Part shown: piece after piece, positions 12,462 to 27,111 of the stretch | Numbering within the stretch: the stretch's first letter is position 1 | Layout: every line of letters begins with the position of its first letter | Origin: the human T2T-CHM13v2.0 reference genome, Homo sapiens | Strand: one strand, 5' to 3' | DNA length: 64,000 nucleotides | NCBI RefSeq assembly: GCF_009914755.1 | Contig: NC_060928.1 | Translations under genes and position numbers: made by a program | The notes under the pieces: model-generated | Seen by the model: the letters and a program-made list of their open reading frames with translations, nothing else | Told to the model about the DNA's origin: nothing | The model's database searches: none

Positions 12462-13772
12462 CTGAAGTGTCCCCCAAGCACCTTCCCAGTGCTGTCTAGA
12501 CAAATGCATCAGGCCTACAAGAGCCCCTTGAGCTCAGTTATCTTCTCATCTGTGTTGAGGAGAATCAAGTAAGCCCTCTTGGATCGAAGGTCTCCCATTT
12601 TTGGGTTGAAGTCTTGGAGACTTTACTTTCTTCGGGGAGCCAATCCATGTCATTTGGCTCCGTGTGCCCCATGGGTGGGGGTAGGCTCACACCTTTTGGG
12701 GTATGCTCACATTTTGCAGGATACACTTGTGCTTCATGGGGTATGCTCACATTTGATGTTCTGTGGGGATGCCCACACTGACTGCACTTGAAGGGATGCC
12801 TTCATTAGGTGAGTGCTATGGGTAACCCCTATTCTAAAGAGAGGGGTTTCTGACCAACTGCCTTCCGGTACTCCAGCTGCCTTCATATTTAAAATTATGG
12901 GGAAAATCCCTGTGCCTATTTAAGACTTTGGATAAAATTAAACCAAGAAAGATCAAAGGCATGCCAAGATATTTTCTGAGACTCCAGCTGGTAACATGTT
13001 CAGACGTTATCAGGATATTTCAAACAGTCTGTTGTCCTTAAAACTAAATTAAAAGACCATGGCTATAAAATCATACATTCCAAATAAGATATATACATAT
13101 ATACATTTGATATCTTGAGGCTAAAAAAAAAGAAGAACCATTTGAGACTGAAAGATTGCCTTTCTATAAAATACTGTCCCAAAGCTAGCTGAAACTCTTT
13201 TCTCTTTGGAACTCTTTCCTTCCCTTTTTACAATTCTTTCCCTTTGTCTTTCTCTTAGCTAAGCTCCCTTTGTCCAAAACTCCTCCAACATTCCTTAGCT
13301 ATTCTGACATACTATTTGTAAAAACATTTGAAAGCCAGAAAAGATGAAATTCCCTTGGAAAGGACTTCCTCCCTATACTAAAATAAATGGTGGCATTTTT
13401 GTATTCAAGGACAAAAAATTGATACCAAGAAAAATCTGTACAAAACCTTTAGAATAAATTATCTTTTGGGCCTCCTCACATAATTCAGTCACATTTTTAC
13501 ACTTAACTATTCTTTGTCCAATTTAGTATATCGGTTACTGACTGAAAATGCTATACTTCAAATCTGGTTCACAGCCTTTATAAGATTGCCCAATTAAAAA
13601 AAATCTTAAAGTTTGGCCTTATTGCATTTCGTCAGGAAAAAAGTTTGAATACAACTGTCTTTTATAAACTGGTGAGTTTATATTATTAAATCATGTCTAG
13701 CCAAGTGATTCTGTGTACTGGTTAAGACATTAGCTAAAAGACTTCCTCAGACCCTATTGGAAGAATCTTTTC

Positions 13773-13853
13773 CAGGTACTGTTAATCAACCCTCACACTG
13801 CCAAGTTACAGGGTGTCGACTCTTGGATACATATATTCCACCTAAAGAAGGCA
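13773..13853 (+). pseudogene. ERV pol integrase C-terminal remnant
   Basis: Translates to QVLLINPHTAKLQGVDSWIHIFHLKKA, similar to the gammaretroviral integrase C-terminus (GPY-QVLL...SWIH.SHLKKA). Confidence 0.8.
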
Positions 13854-15135
13854 TCAGCCCTTAATGAATTTTGGACATCAACACCGGTATCTTACACCAA
13901 ACTTGAGTTGATCAAAGTCCTATCACTGGGCCAAGAAGAAGATGGCACCTGTAGTTGACAGCCGACCCATCAGACCAGGCCTGTAAAAATACCTCTTTTT
14001 TTAGGTGTGAGATTAATGTGCATGCTCAGCTCTCATCTTTTCCTCATTATTGACTTGGTTGTCATAGCTTTAGGGATCCTTTGTATTCTAGATGCTCTAT
14101 GTCATGCTAGAGTAGCCCCCTGTATTCCCATATGTAGACAACTCTAGGCTGTGCAAAGCTATAAGTACTCATCCTGATTGCACTTCTTCTCCCCACACTC
14201 TCCTCCAGCATTGGCTTCTGTCTTTATTCTACCCTTCAGTTTTTAATGGTTTTATTTATGTTGAGTCTAAGTATTTGGGTCTATTTAAAATTGATTCTTG
14301 TTTGTTTAACCAGATGCCTTAGCCAGTCCCTAGCCCAAATTATGATAGCTCAACACCTGCGGGCTTTGTCCAGTTTCTGACGCCTCCACAAAACTCCAAC
14401 AAGAAAAGCTCTTAGACATTTAACAGGTACCTCCTCACCTTTTCTACCTCCTCACCTTTTCTACCTTGTCTAGCACAGGTTGTTAAAAAATGGGTGTAAA
14501 TATCAGCCACATAAGTCCCACTGAGGGACTAGATGGACCCAGGGAAAGTAGCCACACCAGTCCTGACAATGATGTGGGACAAAATGCAACATTATAAATT
14601 GGTAATTAATGCTGCCTATTGCAGGTTTGGACCAGAAGAGAGAAATGGAAATGCAACTGTCAATAAGACCACATGCTGTTCAGACAAGATGAACTCTCTG
14701 TGGCTAATAGAGATGCTTAAATTTACATAACCGAACCAAGCAGCTATGGTAGGGTGAGAACAAGTGATTATGCCCTCTTTGTTCCAAGAAAAGGCAGCTC
14801 TTGATAAACATCCTGCTTTAAGCCCTTGAGCCAGAACAGTTCCTATGACTGGAACAAAGAAAAGCTGAAGTCAGAGACACCCGTTCACTGGCCATTTGGG
14901 AAAAACGTCCATCTGACAGAGACTTCTGGTTTTGACCTTGGGAAGTCATCCAATTATGGCTCAGCTATCGTGATCAATCAGAATTGAACAAGCTTGACTC
15001 TTTTATTTGCATAAACGAATCTGATTGGGAACCTGGACCAGAACTTTCCTTTCTTAAGTCAAACCTTTCCTTTGTTCTTTGGAGAGCACACTTTCACTCA
15101 TACTGAAGGCTGTGCCTCCCTGTTCCGAAGATACC

Positions 15136-15138
<3 letters not shown>

Positions 15139-15190
<52 letters not shown>
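15139..15190. repeat. (AT)26 microsatellite inside the ERV 3' LTR
   Basis: Perfect AT run. Confidence 0.98.
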
Positions 15191-15194
<4 letters not shown>

Positions 15195-15489
15195 CTCTCC
15201 CTTTTTCCTCTGCAGATCACAAGGTCTTTTTTTAACAGGACATAGAATGTAAGCTGTGAGACAGGCAATGTTGCATCAAAGATAAGTATAATGGGATTCG
15301 TTGCCACCTTTTGTGAAGCATTTAGTGTGCCTTCTGGATCTGTTCAGGTCCACGTATATCATTTTCATAGCACAACAGATTGTAACTGCATTGCCCAGAC
15401 CTTAAGGCTTGATTGTTCTGACAACACCAAGTTTCTGATAGACAATTCTAATTACACAGTCACTTATCTCCCATGGTCAGGCATTTAGT

Positions 15490-16130
15490 ATCTACTAGGA
15501 GTTAGTATCAAGCTAGTAGCTGCTTTTCCAATGATGAGTCATTTTCAGCTACAGAAAGCATGGCATTTCTCCAGAACCCAGAACTCTCCTTTGGGGCTTC
15601 CCAGGAACAGAATATTTATATTTAGTTCAATGACTATCTCCACCACCACTGGATTTAATCGTTCATATTGCCCTAGTGGTAGGATAGACTAACCAAAGCC
15701 TAGGCCTGTGGCAGAATCCTCTTTCATTCTGTTCTCTTTTCAAAGCTAGCAGTTTTTTGAGTCATCATTAGACAATGGGTTAGAGAAGTATTTCCAAATG
15801 TGGTATATATTCTCTCCTAAATGCAGGGAAAAAAAAGTCCAATGAGTGGTGTGCCACTATTTTAGTGGTGGAGGTATAAGGCACTATAATTTTTCTCTAC
15901 CTTATTAGAATGTCTTGTCATGTCCTAAATTTTAACCCTAAAACCTACACTGATGTGGCATACATGTAAAATTTAGACTTTTTCTCTCGCCTTCTCATAT
16001 TCATGTGTCAAGGGCATCAGGATTGCTTGGGGCTCCCTGCTTAGCAGGTCTGATTAGCATGATGTCTTCAGTGTAGTCGGACACCTGAATATGCTGTGAA
16101 ATACTAAGGCAATCAGGAATTCTTGAGCCT
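15490..16130 (-). mobile_element. ERVL-class internal (pol RT) fragment
   Basis: Reverse complement of 16052-16078 translates DYTEDIMLI, a decayed form of ERVL RT HYIDDIMLI. Boundaries approximate. Confidence 0.65.
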
Positions 16131-17003
16131 GTTTTACGATAGCATGAATGTTAACACAGCTCTGTGGCAAATTGTGAATATAAATTGCTGTCATACCCAA
16201 GTGAATGTGAACTGGTTTTGATCACCTGTCCTGATCAAGATTTATGAGAACTGCACATATCAAGTTCCAGAAACTGTGTTGATCTGCTCTAGTAAAACAC
16301 TAGGTCTAGCATAACAGCTGATTTTGAGGCTTTTATTTTGTCCATTTAATGTTAGCCCACTAACACCTACCGCATTCTGTCTGTATGTTGGGTAGTTTTG
16401 GATGATATCCTGGACATATACATGTTAAATTGTGGGAACTCTGAAGCCTACTATGTTCAGGCAATGAGTGTTATTTTTATTTATTTTAGCATGTACTTTT
16501 CTTCACTAGGCTTAACCTGAAAAGTCATTTGAGGCAGCAACTCTGCCTCAGTTCAGAACTTTTTTTTTTCTTCCTTTCCAGCTGAGTTGCTTTGTGTCTA
16601 TTCTGCATATGCATCGTTTGAGAGTCTGTCAGGATGTGGAATGACAGAGATGAATAATGCCCTTTTCAGCTTTTATTCTCTGGGACATCTCAATAATTTT
16701 CCAGCATTTGTGGTGAACTGCCTATAGTTTTCTGATTCTCCAGACCAGTATATCTGTTGGTTTTTCCACCTTTATATTGAGACTATGGTGCTTGCTACAT
16801 AAACTTTACTTAACCCCAGAGTAAAAGCTGTGTAGAGCTCCATGTTTAACTTCCTCCAAGCCAGGGTGTACACTTCACCACACTTGGCCTGCTTTTGTCC
16901 ATTATCTAGCATGTTCAGTATAGCAATTTTTATCTCAGTTGATCTTTCATTTTTAGTTGAGTGTTTTTGAGTCTTTTCTGATATGCAGAGTTCAGAAAAA
17001 TAA

Positions 17004-17326
<323 letters not shown>

Positions 17327-17689
17327 GATCCCTTCTTTTTTTCTTTTTTAAAATAATCACTGTATATAGAATTCTAGATTGGCAGTTTTTCTTCTGTCAG
17401 TATTTGAAAGATATAAGGAGAGTTTTAACTGCTTTGAAATTGCAGCAGGAGTCTTACCTGAACCCATATGCAACTCTGGAACTGAGATGGTCCTTTAGTA
17501 TTATTCCACTTGAGGCAAGCAGCCCAGGTTTTCTACCCACTTACTCTCTTCACTCTAGCATGGCCTTCTGGAAGCCCTGGCTCACCTTCCTGGATTCGCA
17601 TTAACAGTTTATTTACTGCTCTCCTCATTAATACATGACTTCTACCCTTTTGGCTCTAGAAAAAGCTTTTTTTGTCTCTTTATCTGGAA

Positions 17690-17698
17690 TCTCTCTCT

Positions 17699-17729
<31 letters not shown>
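17690..17729. repeat. Compound (CT)n(CA)n microsatellite
   Basis: Seen directly. Confidence 0.95.
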
Positions 17730-18882
17730 TTTAAAGTGCCTCTTTTTGATGCTTCACAGTGAAATGTCATTGTTTTCTCAATGTGAGAGTTTGAATCAGA
17801 AGAAAACCTTTTAAGATCTATGTGATTCGTTAGTACAAATAAAATTGAAAAGATTATATAGCATCAATTTCTTAGTAGTCAAATTGTCAACAATCTCAAA
17901 TATTAAAACATAACTCAGAAACTAGAAGTAAGAAAGTAAATAGTTTTAAGAAAAATGTTCTCCTTGTCAAAACTCTGAACTATTTAAACTATTTAAACGT
18001 ACTCAGAGTCTTTTTTGTCTGTTTGGTTTTGTGTGCCCACTTTGTATCAGCACATTTGAAGTAAAATTCTCAATTGACTGAGAATGAATGTAGAGACACA
18101 ACAGGACAAGTGACAAATATTGAAAAACACTGGAAGAAGGTAAGAGAATTGACAAAGAAGACATGCAAGAAACATAATTCTGTACACTTTAAACATAGGG
18201 TTATAACTCTATTTTATGACATGATACAGCAATGCTGTTTTTACTAGTGGAGATGGAAGATCAGGAGGAAGTTAATATCCCCTTAATATTTCCTTTTCAT
18301 TGCTGGCCTTAATTGATTTTCCCAGTCATTTTTTTATTTCACTCCTTCACTTTAAAATTGTAGCTGTATTATGTTACATGCATTGGCATGAAGAAGAAAT
18401 GCAAATATCTTTCTAATAAATCTACTTTTACCATGTTAACCAGTTTGGTTTCAGTTAATTACAACTAAAATAATGTTAATTAATGTATGATAGCATAATT
18501 AAAATAGGTACTGGAAGCAAAAGTGAACTTAAAAATATGAAGAAATTCAAAAACATAAACTGCATAGGGTTATTTAAATAAAAAGTAAACCTGTAAAGAA
18601 GAAAGGTGACAGATAGGGAATAAAGTGATTCACCATAAAACTGACAATCAACACTACAAACAACTATAGTTAATTAAATAAGAAATAGTTATTAGTGTTA
18701 AAATTAAAGAATGATTTTGGAGTAGAGCATGAGTTGAGTATACAGAGTGAATAAATTATGTTAAGAGAAAAATAGTGAAAGAATCCAAATAAACACATCA
18801 ATTACAGACAATAAATTACTTGAAAGGATACAAATATTAGAAGGTTATAGATAGGAATAGTAGTTACATAAAAATCAGAAAA

Positions 18883-19208
18883 GAAGCATGCCACTCGCAT
18901 CTGCTTCTAGTGAGGGCTTCAGGCTGCTTCTACTCACAGTAGATAGTGAATGGTAATAGGCATGTGCAGAGAACATGTGTTGAGAGAGGAAGCAAGAGAG
19001 AGAAGGTGGAGGTGCCCTGTTCTTTTTAGTAGCTGGCTCTTACATGAACTAATAGAGCAAGAACTCCCTAATTACCAAGAGGATAGCACCTAACTATTCA
19101 TGAAGGATTGCCCCCATTATAAAAACACCTCCCACTCCATCCCACCTTCAACACTGGGGATTAAATTTCAACATGAGATTTGGGGGCACAAACTTCCAAG
19201 CTATGGCA
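18883..19208 (-). mobile_element. MSTB-like MaLR LTR (partial)
   Basis: gcatctgcttctagtgagggcttcaggctgctt...aaatttcaacatgagatttggggg...ctatggca. Confidence 0.85.
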
Positions 19209-22117
19209 ACTTGATTTGCAAAAAATAAGACTCCTGAAAGGAAATGAAAGAATATTAAATATATGCTATCAGAAAATTTAAAATTCTGGAAAGAATGGTG
19301 TTAACTGATCATCACATCTCATACAACTCTAGCCACTTTCCCATCATATGAAGTAATGTATGATTAATTCAGTATTCTATTCAGAGAGAAATATTTGAGA
19401 CCACATTTTAATCTTTTCATATATAATTTACCATTTAATGGCTGTTCCAAAATATTTGTTTAGATTCCCCTATTCATAAGTAATAAAAATACTTAACTGG
19501 TAATATTATTGTTTACCAAGCACTTGTACAAACATTAAATCATTTTTCTTCTCAGTACAAAAAGAAAGTAGAAGAGTGAAATATATTAGTAGATTTTTTA
19601 TTGCTTCTTTGATATTTTCTACTGAAATTTTTAGAAATATAAAAGCTTTTTTGCATGATATATGAGTTTACTTGGAGACCAGCTGCATTTCTAATTTATT
19701 GTTATACGCTATTTTCTAGCATACATTATAAGAACAATAAATATTTTTGTCAAATAAAGATTTTCACAGTTCATAGTAATTGTTCTTTAGAGACATCAAA
19801 GGATGGATAAAATGCAGTTTCTTTCATAAGGCAGTTTTAAGAAATTTGGAAGTTTTGTTTAGGGTATAAATTATCTTGCTTTTCTATTATCCCAGAATAA
19901 TAATATAACAGAAAAGGAAGATCTAATTCCAATTATACCAATCTACCAATACTGCTTTTTAAAAGTAGATATATATATATATGTTGCATTACATCTGCAT
20001 CAATTCCTTGTTTCTACTCTCAGTATATCAAATATATGTACACATCTGTTTTTATTTGGGGGAACTTAATCCTTTAGCAATTTGTATTGGCTTATGCTCA
20101 AATATACTGAGAATTGTTGTGTACCATGTATTTTAGTTACAGAATTTCTTGATTTATGTCCAGTTTTGAAGTTAAGTTCCGAGACTAGCACGGGAAAAAC
20201 GACTTCACACTAAGCTGAAGAGGTAGCTAAGAGTTTCCATTTGACAATGGGATGTTGATAGAAAGAATATTGGTATGGGTTGTCTAAAGGAAAACCCAGG
20301 ATAAACCAGCTTCTCTTTCTCTCAGTTTACTTTGCCTGATTTTTCCTCTGGTAACCACACAAAAGAGGACAAAAATGACTTAATTTTGGTTTGTTGAAGC
20401 AGTTATGTATAATTGCTGTGCTTCATTCAAATCAAGGTGTCATTTATAACTCAGGCAAAGTTTAGAAATCATTTGTTGATACTGGATAGAAACTTTCATA
20501 TGAATCCATTCAAATTACTTTCTGATCCATTGTCTGCCTAACTCCTATTTTTAAAAAATAGAAGAGTCACACAGTAGTGATGATGAAAATATTGAAATTC
20601 TGCTGTCTTGAAATCATACTGCTTTGCTTTATTTTTCTATCTTCTTTTTTTTTAGTTGTTAAGATTTAGAAGTGAAGTTGATTGCCTCAATGTAGTCAGT
20701 AAAACTTTGTAAGATAGACAAAAAGGATGTATTATATATAAATATATATAAATATATAAATATAATTGTTTAATTTTCTCTGATCAAGTGTCCTCATTAC
20801 ACAACACTGATTGTGTCTAGAGTATCTAGTCATTGACTTGATTTCTTACAGCAAAATAAGCGGAGTATTAGGTTACTTGTGGCAAGAAATGAGTATTCAT
20901 ATGTTTTGTCTTCCCAATTGGCCTAAATGAAATGCTCGGTAAGGCAATAAAAATATAGAAAATGTTTGATTTGGGTTAGAAAGGAAGAATAAATAATATA
21001 CAATCAAAATGACATTATACATTACAAAATCCTGTATAATGCCACTAAATGCATTTAAAATTAGACTAATTTTATTTATGGAGTTAGTGAAGCATTTGAT
21101 GATAAATTAGGGGATCTGATTCTTGAAGTTATAAATTGATTCAACTCCACTTCATGTGTGCTTAATACTTTGCAACTTACAATGCACTTACACCTATGCT
21201 GTAGTTAACATTGTAGCACCAAGACATGAATAGGGCAATTTTTGTTATAGTCCTAATTCATAGCAGAGGAAAGTATATAAGTTAAATGTTTTGATCAGTG
21301 ACACTCAACTACTGGTTGATAGAACAATTGCAGGACTCCAAGTCCTGTGCTTTTTATTAAAGTAACATTTACAGCATATCCCTCATTCTCCACCTCTTAG
21401 TACTTCTGGGTATACATGAAATAGAATGCAAAACAAGGCACTAAGAGGATTTAAAACTAAGAAGCTAATTTGTAAAATATGCAACTGCAGTATCCACAAA
21501 GGACACTCAAATACTAATCACATTGATTAGCATTTATGTATCAGAGACTCCAGCTTATCCCATTTAGTAAAGGAAAATAATGGCATGTATAGTAAAAATA
21601 TAGTTTATATTTCAGAACTTATTCATATATAACTTTGGAATATGCATTTCTGATTCACATTTGAATAAGCTAACTTTAATTATCTGATACTCCAGATTGT
21701 AATGAGCACGTTTGGCACTTTCACGTAGATTATCCAGAATCATCTCCTCTGCACAGACGGATTACAAAGAATAAGTCAATTTTGCCATGGACTTTGTGGA
21801 ATGTAGCCATTAAATTGGATTACTTCATTCCATGCAAAGATGTATCCATTCTTAATCTTTACATTCTGAGAAAATAAAGTTCATTTGTTTCAAAATTTAA
21901 AAACATATTCTATTTCAATTTGGCTAGAATAAATATGAATCTCTTGAAGTTAATTAGATGAATTGGCATCTGGATCAGTTATGACTGTTTCTGGTAAGTC
22001 AAATGATTATTACGGTGAGGAAATTAGGATGGTGCTGCTAGAAAATCTAGAGTTGGTGTATATGCAGAACGAGTAAAACCTGTGGCTCAATAACATCAGA
22101 GTTTCCATTAAAAAAAA

Positions 22118-22393
22118 TTGTTTTTGAGATGGGGTCTCACTCTATCGCTCAGGCTGAAGTGCAGATCTCAGCTCACTGCAGTCTTGACCTCCCAGGCTAA
22201 AGTCATCCTCCCACCTCAGCTTCCTGAGTAACACAGGCACATACCACCACACCCAGCTAATTTTTGTATTTTTTATAAAAACGGGGTTTCACCATGTTGC
22301 CCAGGCTGATCTTGAACTCCTCGACTCAAATGATCCACCCACCTCAGCCTCTGAAGGTACCGGGAACACAGTCATGAGCCACCGTGCCAGGCC
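22118..22393 (-). mobile_element. AluJ
   Basis: Diverged antisense Alu with J-type ctgcagtcttgacctcccagg...tcctcccacctcagc. Confidence 0.9.
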
Positions 22394-23139
22394 TCGAAGT
22401 TTTCATTTCTTTCTGGCTTGGAAACTACATTATCTTATTCTAAGGTTGTTTGCCCTCACAGTACTAGATGGCTACCATCTGTAATCTCAGGAAATAAGCC
22501 CTCATTTACAACTAGCCAAGAAAAGAAGACCAGGTTCATAGTTCATTTAAAAAAGTTCCATTTTTCATTGGTCAGAAAAAATGTCTTCAACTAGGTCCAT
22601 GAGGGTCTGTCATTCCAGAGAGTCACTCAAAATTTATATGCCACCTGTTAAAGATGGTTGTGATGAAACATACAATGAATTTTAATGTTCCCCAGGCAAA
22701 TACTGCTTGTAAGTGTATATATATAATACTATACCATGTGTCAAGAATAGTAAAATGCTTTGATACTGATGACTTTAGATCTAGTTTGACTATATGTAAT
22801 AATAGAGATTTCATTAACCTCATTCATGTATATCAATCAGAGCTCTACTTTGTGGAAAGCATTAATCTATCCAGAAGAATGACTTCTGCAAAATGCAGAG
22901 GACTAAGGGATGCTTGAAAGACAAGTAAAATATTCACTGTTGCATTTGAGTGGTATGTTAGGAAAATAACTCCTCACATTACAAATTAGATAACCTAAGC
23001 AAATCCACTCATTTTTCGTACCTAATTTGGTCAATTTTATTTGTGTTTTACACACAAAGGAATAGCTAATGTCTACACTTTTACTAAGAATCAGAGGTGG
23101 AAACTTCCTGTGTAGTATATTACCATCATAAAAATGTGG

Positions 23140-23370
23140 GTCTAGGACTGGATCCTCAGGGCTCAGAGCACAGCTCCAGCTTTTTTATGTGATGTGACCC
23201 GGAGCAAGTTGCATAAATTCTTTCTTTTTCCCCATTTTTCATTCCTAAAACAGCGAATATTAAAACAAGGCTGTGAGGAGTTATCTCCTAGGGAAGCTCT
23301 AAGGTTTATAATAATTAATATACTTCAAACACTTGGAAAAGTGGTGGTACGTATTAAAGGTTATGTAAAT
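23140..23370 (+). mobile_element. MIR relic
   Basis: tgtgacccggagcaagttgcataa...tcattcctaaaac core-like sequence. Confidence 0.5.
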
Positions 23371-25029
23371 ATATGCTATTATGCTTTATACATTGAAGTT
23401 AAGCAGCTAACATTGTAAATTCATTACCGTGAGGAAAACGAACAAAAATCTCTACAGACATACATCAGGTGTTTAGTCCTACACTAAAACAAAATAGGCT
23501 CAGGTAGTTATTGTATTTATGTGTGTGTGTATGTGTATGTAATGAAAGTTATCAGGTGATCTGGTAATCTGAGAGCTTTATTTTCTTTAATTTCCTTGAA
23601 TTATTCAGAATTATCAAATCAAAATACCATCATTATGTACAACTAGCAGAAAGATATATGAATTGTTTTGTGAAAATATAATGTACTTACATTCTGCTAG
23701 CAACCTCTTTCAGTGCAGTAATTTTTTGTAGTGGGGAGTGGCACTGTGGGCTCCTATAGAAATCTGAGATCAAAACTGTGACCACATTTATTAACACCTT
23801 GGTCTAATCCATTGCACTGATCACATGGAGCAATATTTGAATTAGCTTAAATATATTTAATGATCTGAATAGCAATTCTCATATTAGAATTGGCAGTCAT
23901 AAGAAAAAGAATGTTATTTAGCCTTGAAATGGCAGAATACTATCATCATAATAGATCTTATCTATTTATGTACACCTAATGCAATTTCTCTCAATATTTA
24001 AATAACTTTTGGTTTTAATGAGTTTTACTGAATTTGGAAATTGCCCTAAAATTTTAATTTATGCATTTTTATACACTGCTGAATATTTATGACTTTGTAA
24101 GGTAAATATAGGAGCTCTATGTGACCATCATGTGTACCCCTTTTGAAGGTACACTTACCATGAAGACAAACTGATATGTCACCCCTAACTAAGGATAAAT
24201 GCACATTCTTTTAATTTTACATTCAGTGTAAGTTTTGTTATGGTTAAAGACAGTGAACAGAGAAAATATTCCTTATTGATATAGTATTCGTAGTTCATTC
24301 TTACTGTGAGGTCTTCCCTGGCATTTCTATTTCAAGTACTCCAAAGCTATCCTTCTCTGTCTCTGGCAGTTAACACAACCCATAATTATTTTATTTGATT
24401 TCTTTTTTTTGCTACTAATATATTGAAATTTTGCCTTATTGTATTTTCAGTTTGGCACAAAATAATTGCTCAATAAGTTCAGATACACCTCCACAATTCT
24501 TTATGTATAGCCTTGAGGGCCACATGTATTAATAAGTAAAATATATTTTTTTTAAATTTTAGAGATACAAAAGCAAACATGTACCAAATATCACATCCCA
24601 GCAGATTCTGGAGAAATCCTCTGTAATCAAACACATAGTATTCCTTTAGCAAAACATATGAGTTATTCACAAGAGTGAGATCAATAAGAAACCTAGCTAT
24701 CCTCATGTCAGTTCAGGTAAGATCAGGTTTTCCTACCAAAATATATCTCAGAAAACTTCATGTTGTCACAATTTGTAGTTTTATCAGTAATGGCTAAATG
24801 CTTTAAAAAAGGAAGAATTAAATACAGAATGTTTAGAATTTTACAAGAAGTGTCATATGAAGCCTTATTAAGTAGGGATGATGAAAATGTTGAATAAAAG
24901 AAGTTCGATAGGTTGTGAGCAAGAGGTCATTCATTGAGTCTTTTTGAATCTGAGAACATAGTAGAAGGCCTGCACATAGATAAAATCCAGTAAGTAGCTG
25001 CAGAATAAACAACGAAAATTAACTCATAT

Positions 25030-25235
25030 CCTGTGCCCATTTTTTGCAATACACTCTTCTCTATATGTATCAACTCATTTAATCCTCATAACCACATGAA
25101 TTAGGTGTTGTTTTTATCCATTTTTCGAATGAGAAAATTTGCAGGTTATTTCCCCTCCAAATCATAGCAATACGAGGGGAAGTGTTGGGATTCAGTGTAG
25201 AAAATGTAGCTCCAGAGTCCATGCTCTTAACTATG
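25030..25235 (-). mobile_element. MIR
   Basis: aactcatttaatcctcataacc...gaatgagaaaa...ctccagagtccatgctcttaac. Confidence 0.75.
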
Positions 25236-26281
25236 GAATGATGCTTCACATATTCCCATTATGTTGGGCACATAGTAGTACTTATTACATATTAGCAGAA
25301 CTAAATTACGAAAGTCTAAACTAAACTTTAGTTAGCTTAAACTTAGTAGCTAACTAAACCTGAAACATTACGTTACTATTAGCTTATGGGGCCCAAAGGA
25401 TTACAGAATATTTTCTAAAGTAGAAAACACAGCTAAATACCTCTAAAACTACTTCTAAGGGCCTTATAATCTTGTGATATTATAAAGACCAATGGATGAA
25501 TATATTTTGTATGTAACGATATGACACCCAGCATAGTATAATAAATGGGTTAGGCTCAGAACACATACATTCACACAAATGCTTTAAATGGTCAATAGAT
25601 TGCGATGTAATCCATAATGCTAAAAAATAAAATATTTACTCAAAATAAAATATGCTAATAAACTGCATAGTTTTAATAGTAGCCATTTAACAAAATATTA
25701 GAAAAATTTGCAAGGTAAGTTGGAGTTCTATACTTTTCTAAAAAGCACTTCAGGCTCTTTCGACAATGTCATTTATTACATCAAAATTTCTTGAAAACTT
25801 TCCTGGCATAGTTATCAGTTATGTTTTCACTGTTCATTTTTGTTCTCCACACATTCAGCAGAGAAATTCAAGAAGAAAAACGTTTAAGAGATTTTAAAAA
25901 CAACAGAAGATTGAGTAAAATCCAAAACAAATGCAAGACAAAAGTTACTATGCACATTTATGTAACCACTTAGGAAATGCTTTTTGCTTAATCATGAAGT
26001 GTAAGCTACGTTTCTAGCCTTATGCTGTGGATGAAAAAAATGACATATTCATAAATCGCTAACAATCCATCAAAGGTCTGCCTCTATAAACAAATCTATA
26101 ATCCACAGTAAAAAAAAAAAAAACTGTTAGAGGTACGACTTTGTAAGCACAGAGAAGACAGTGGAGTAAATTAAGCAAATCAGTGACATTTGAGGCAGGT
26201 GCTGACTAATGAAAGTAGAGGCCAGTGACCAGGTTAAATGAATGATATTCTATAAGGAATTAGAAGCGTAAAACTAGGAAC

Positions 26282-27111
<830 letters not shown>

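Larger units (their letters stand above)
12037..15237 (+). mobile_element. Internally deleted ERV1-class provirus with two LTRs (12037-12438 and 14646-15237)
   Basis: Two homologous TG...CA LTRs, PBS at 12444, integrase C-terminal remnant, polypurine tract agaagagagaaa at 14634-14645. Confidence 0.85.

Noticed and set aside
14428-14466. 17-bp tandem duplication tacctcctcaccttttc
   Set aside because: Ordinary slippage duplication inside a dead ERV.
19300-22100. Long repeat-poor stretch as a possible conserved regulatory region
   Set aside because: Conservation cannot be judged from one sequence and no distinctive motif cluster was seen.
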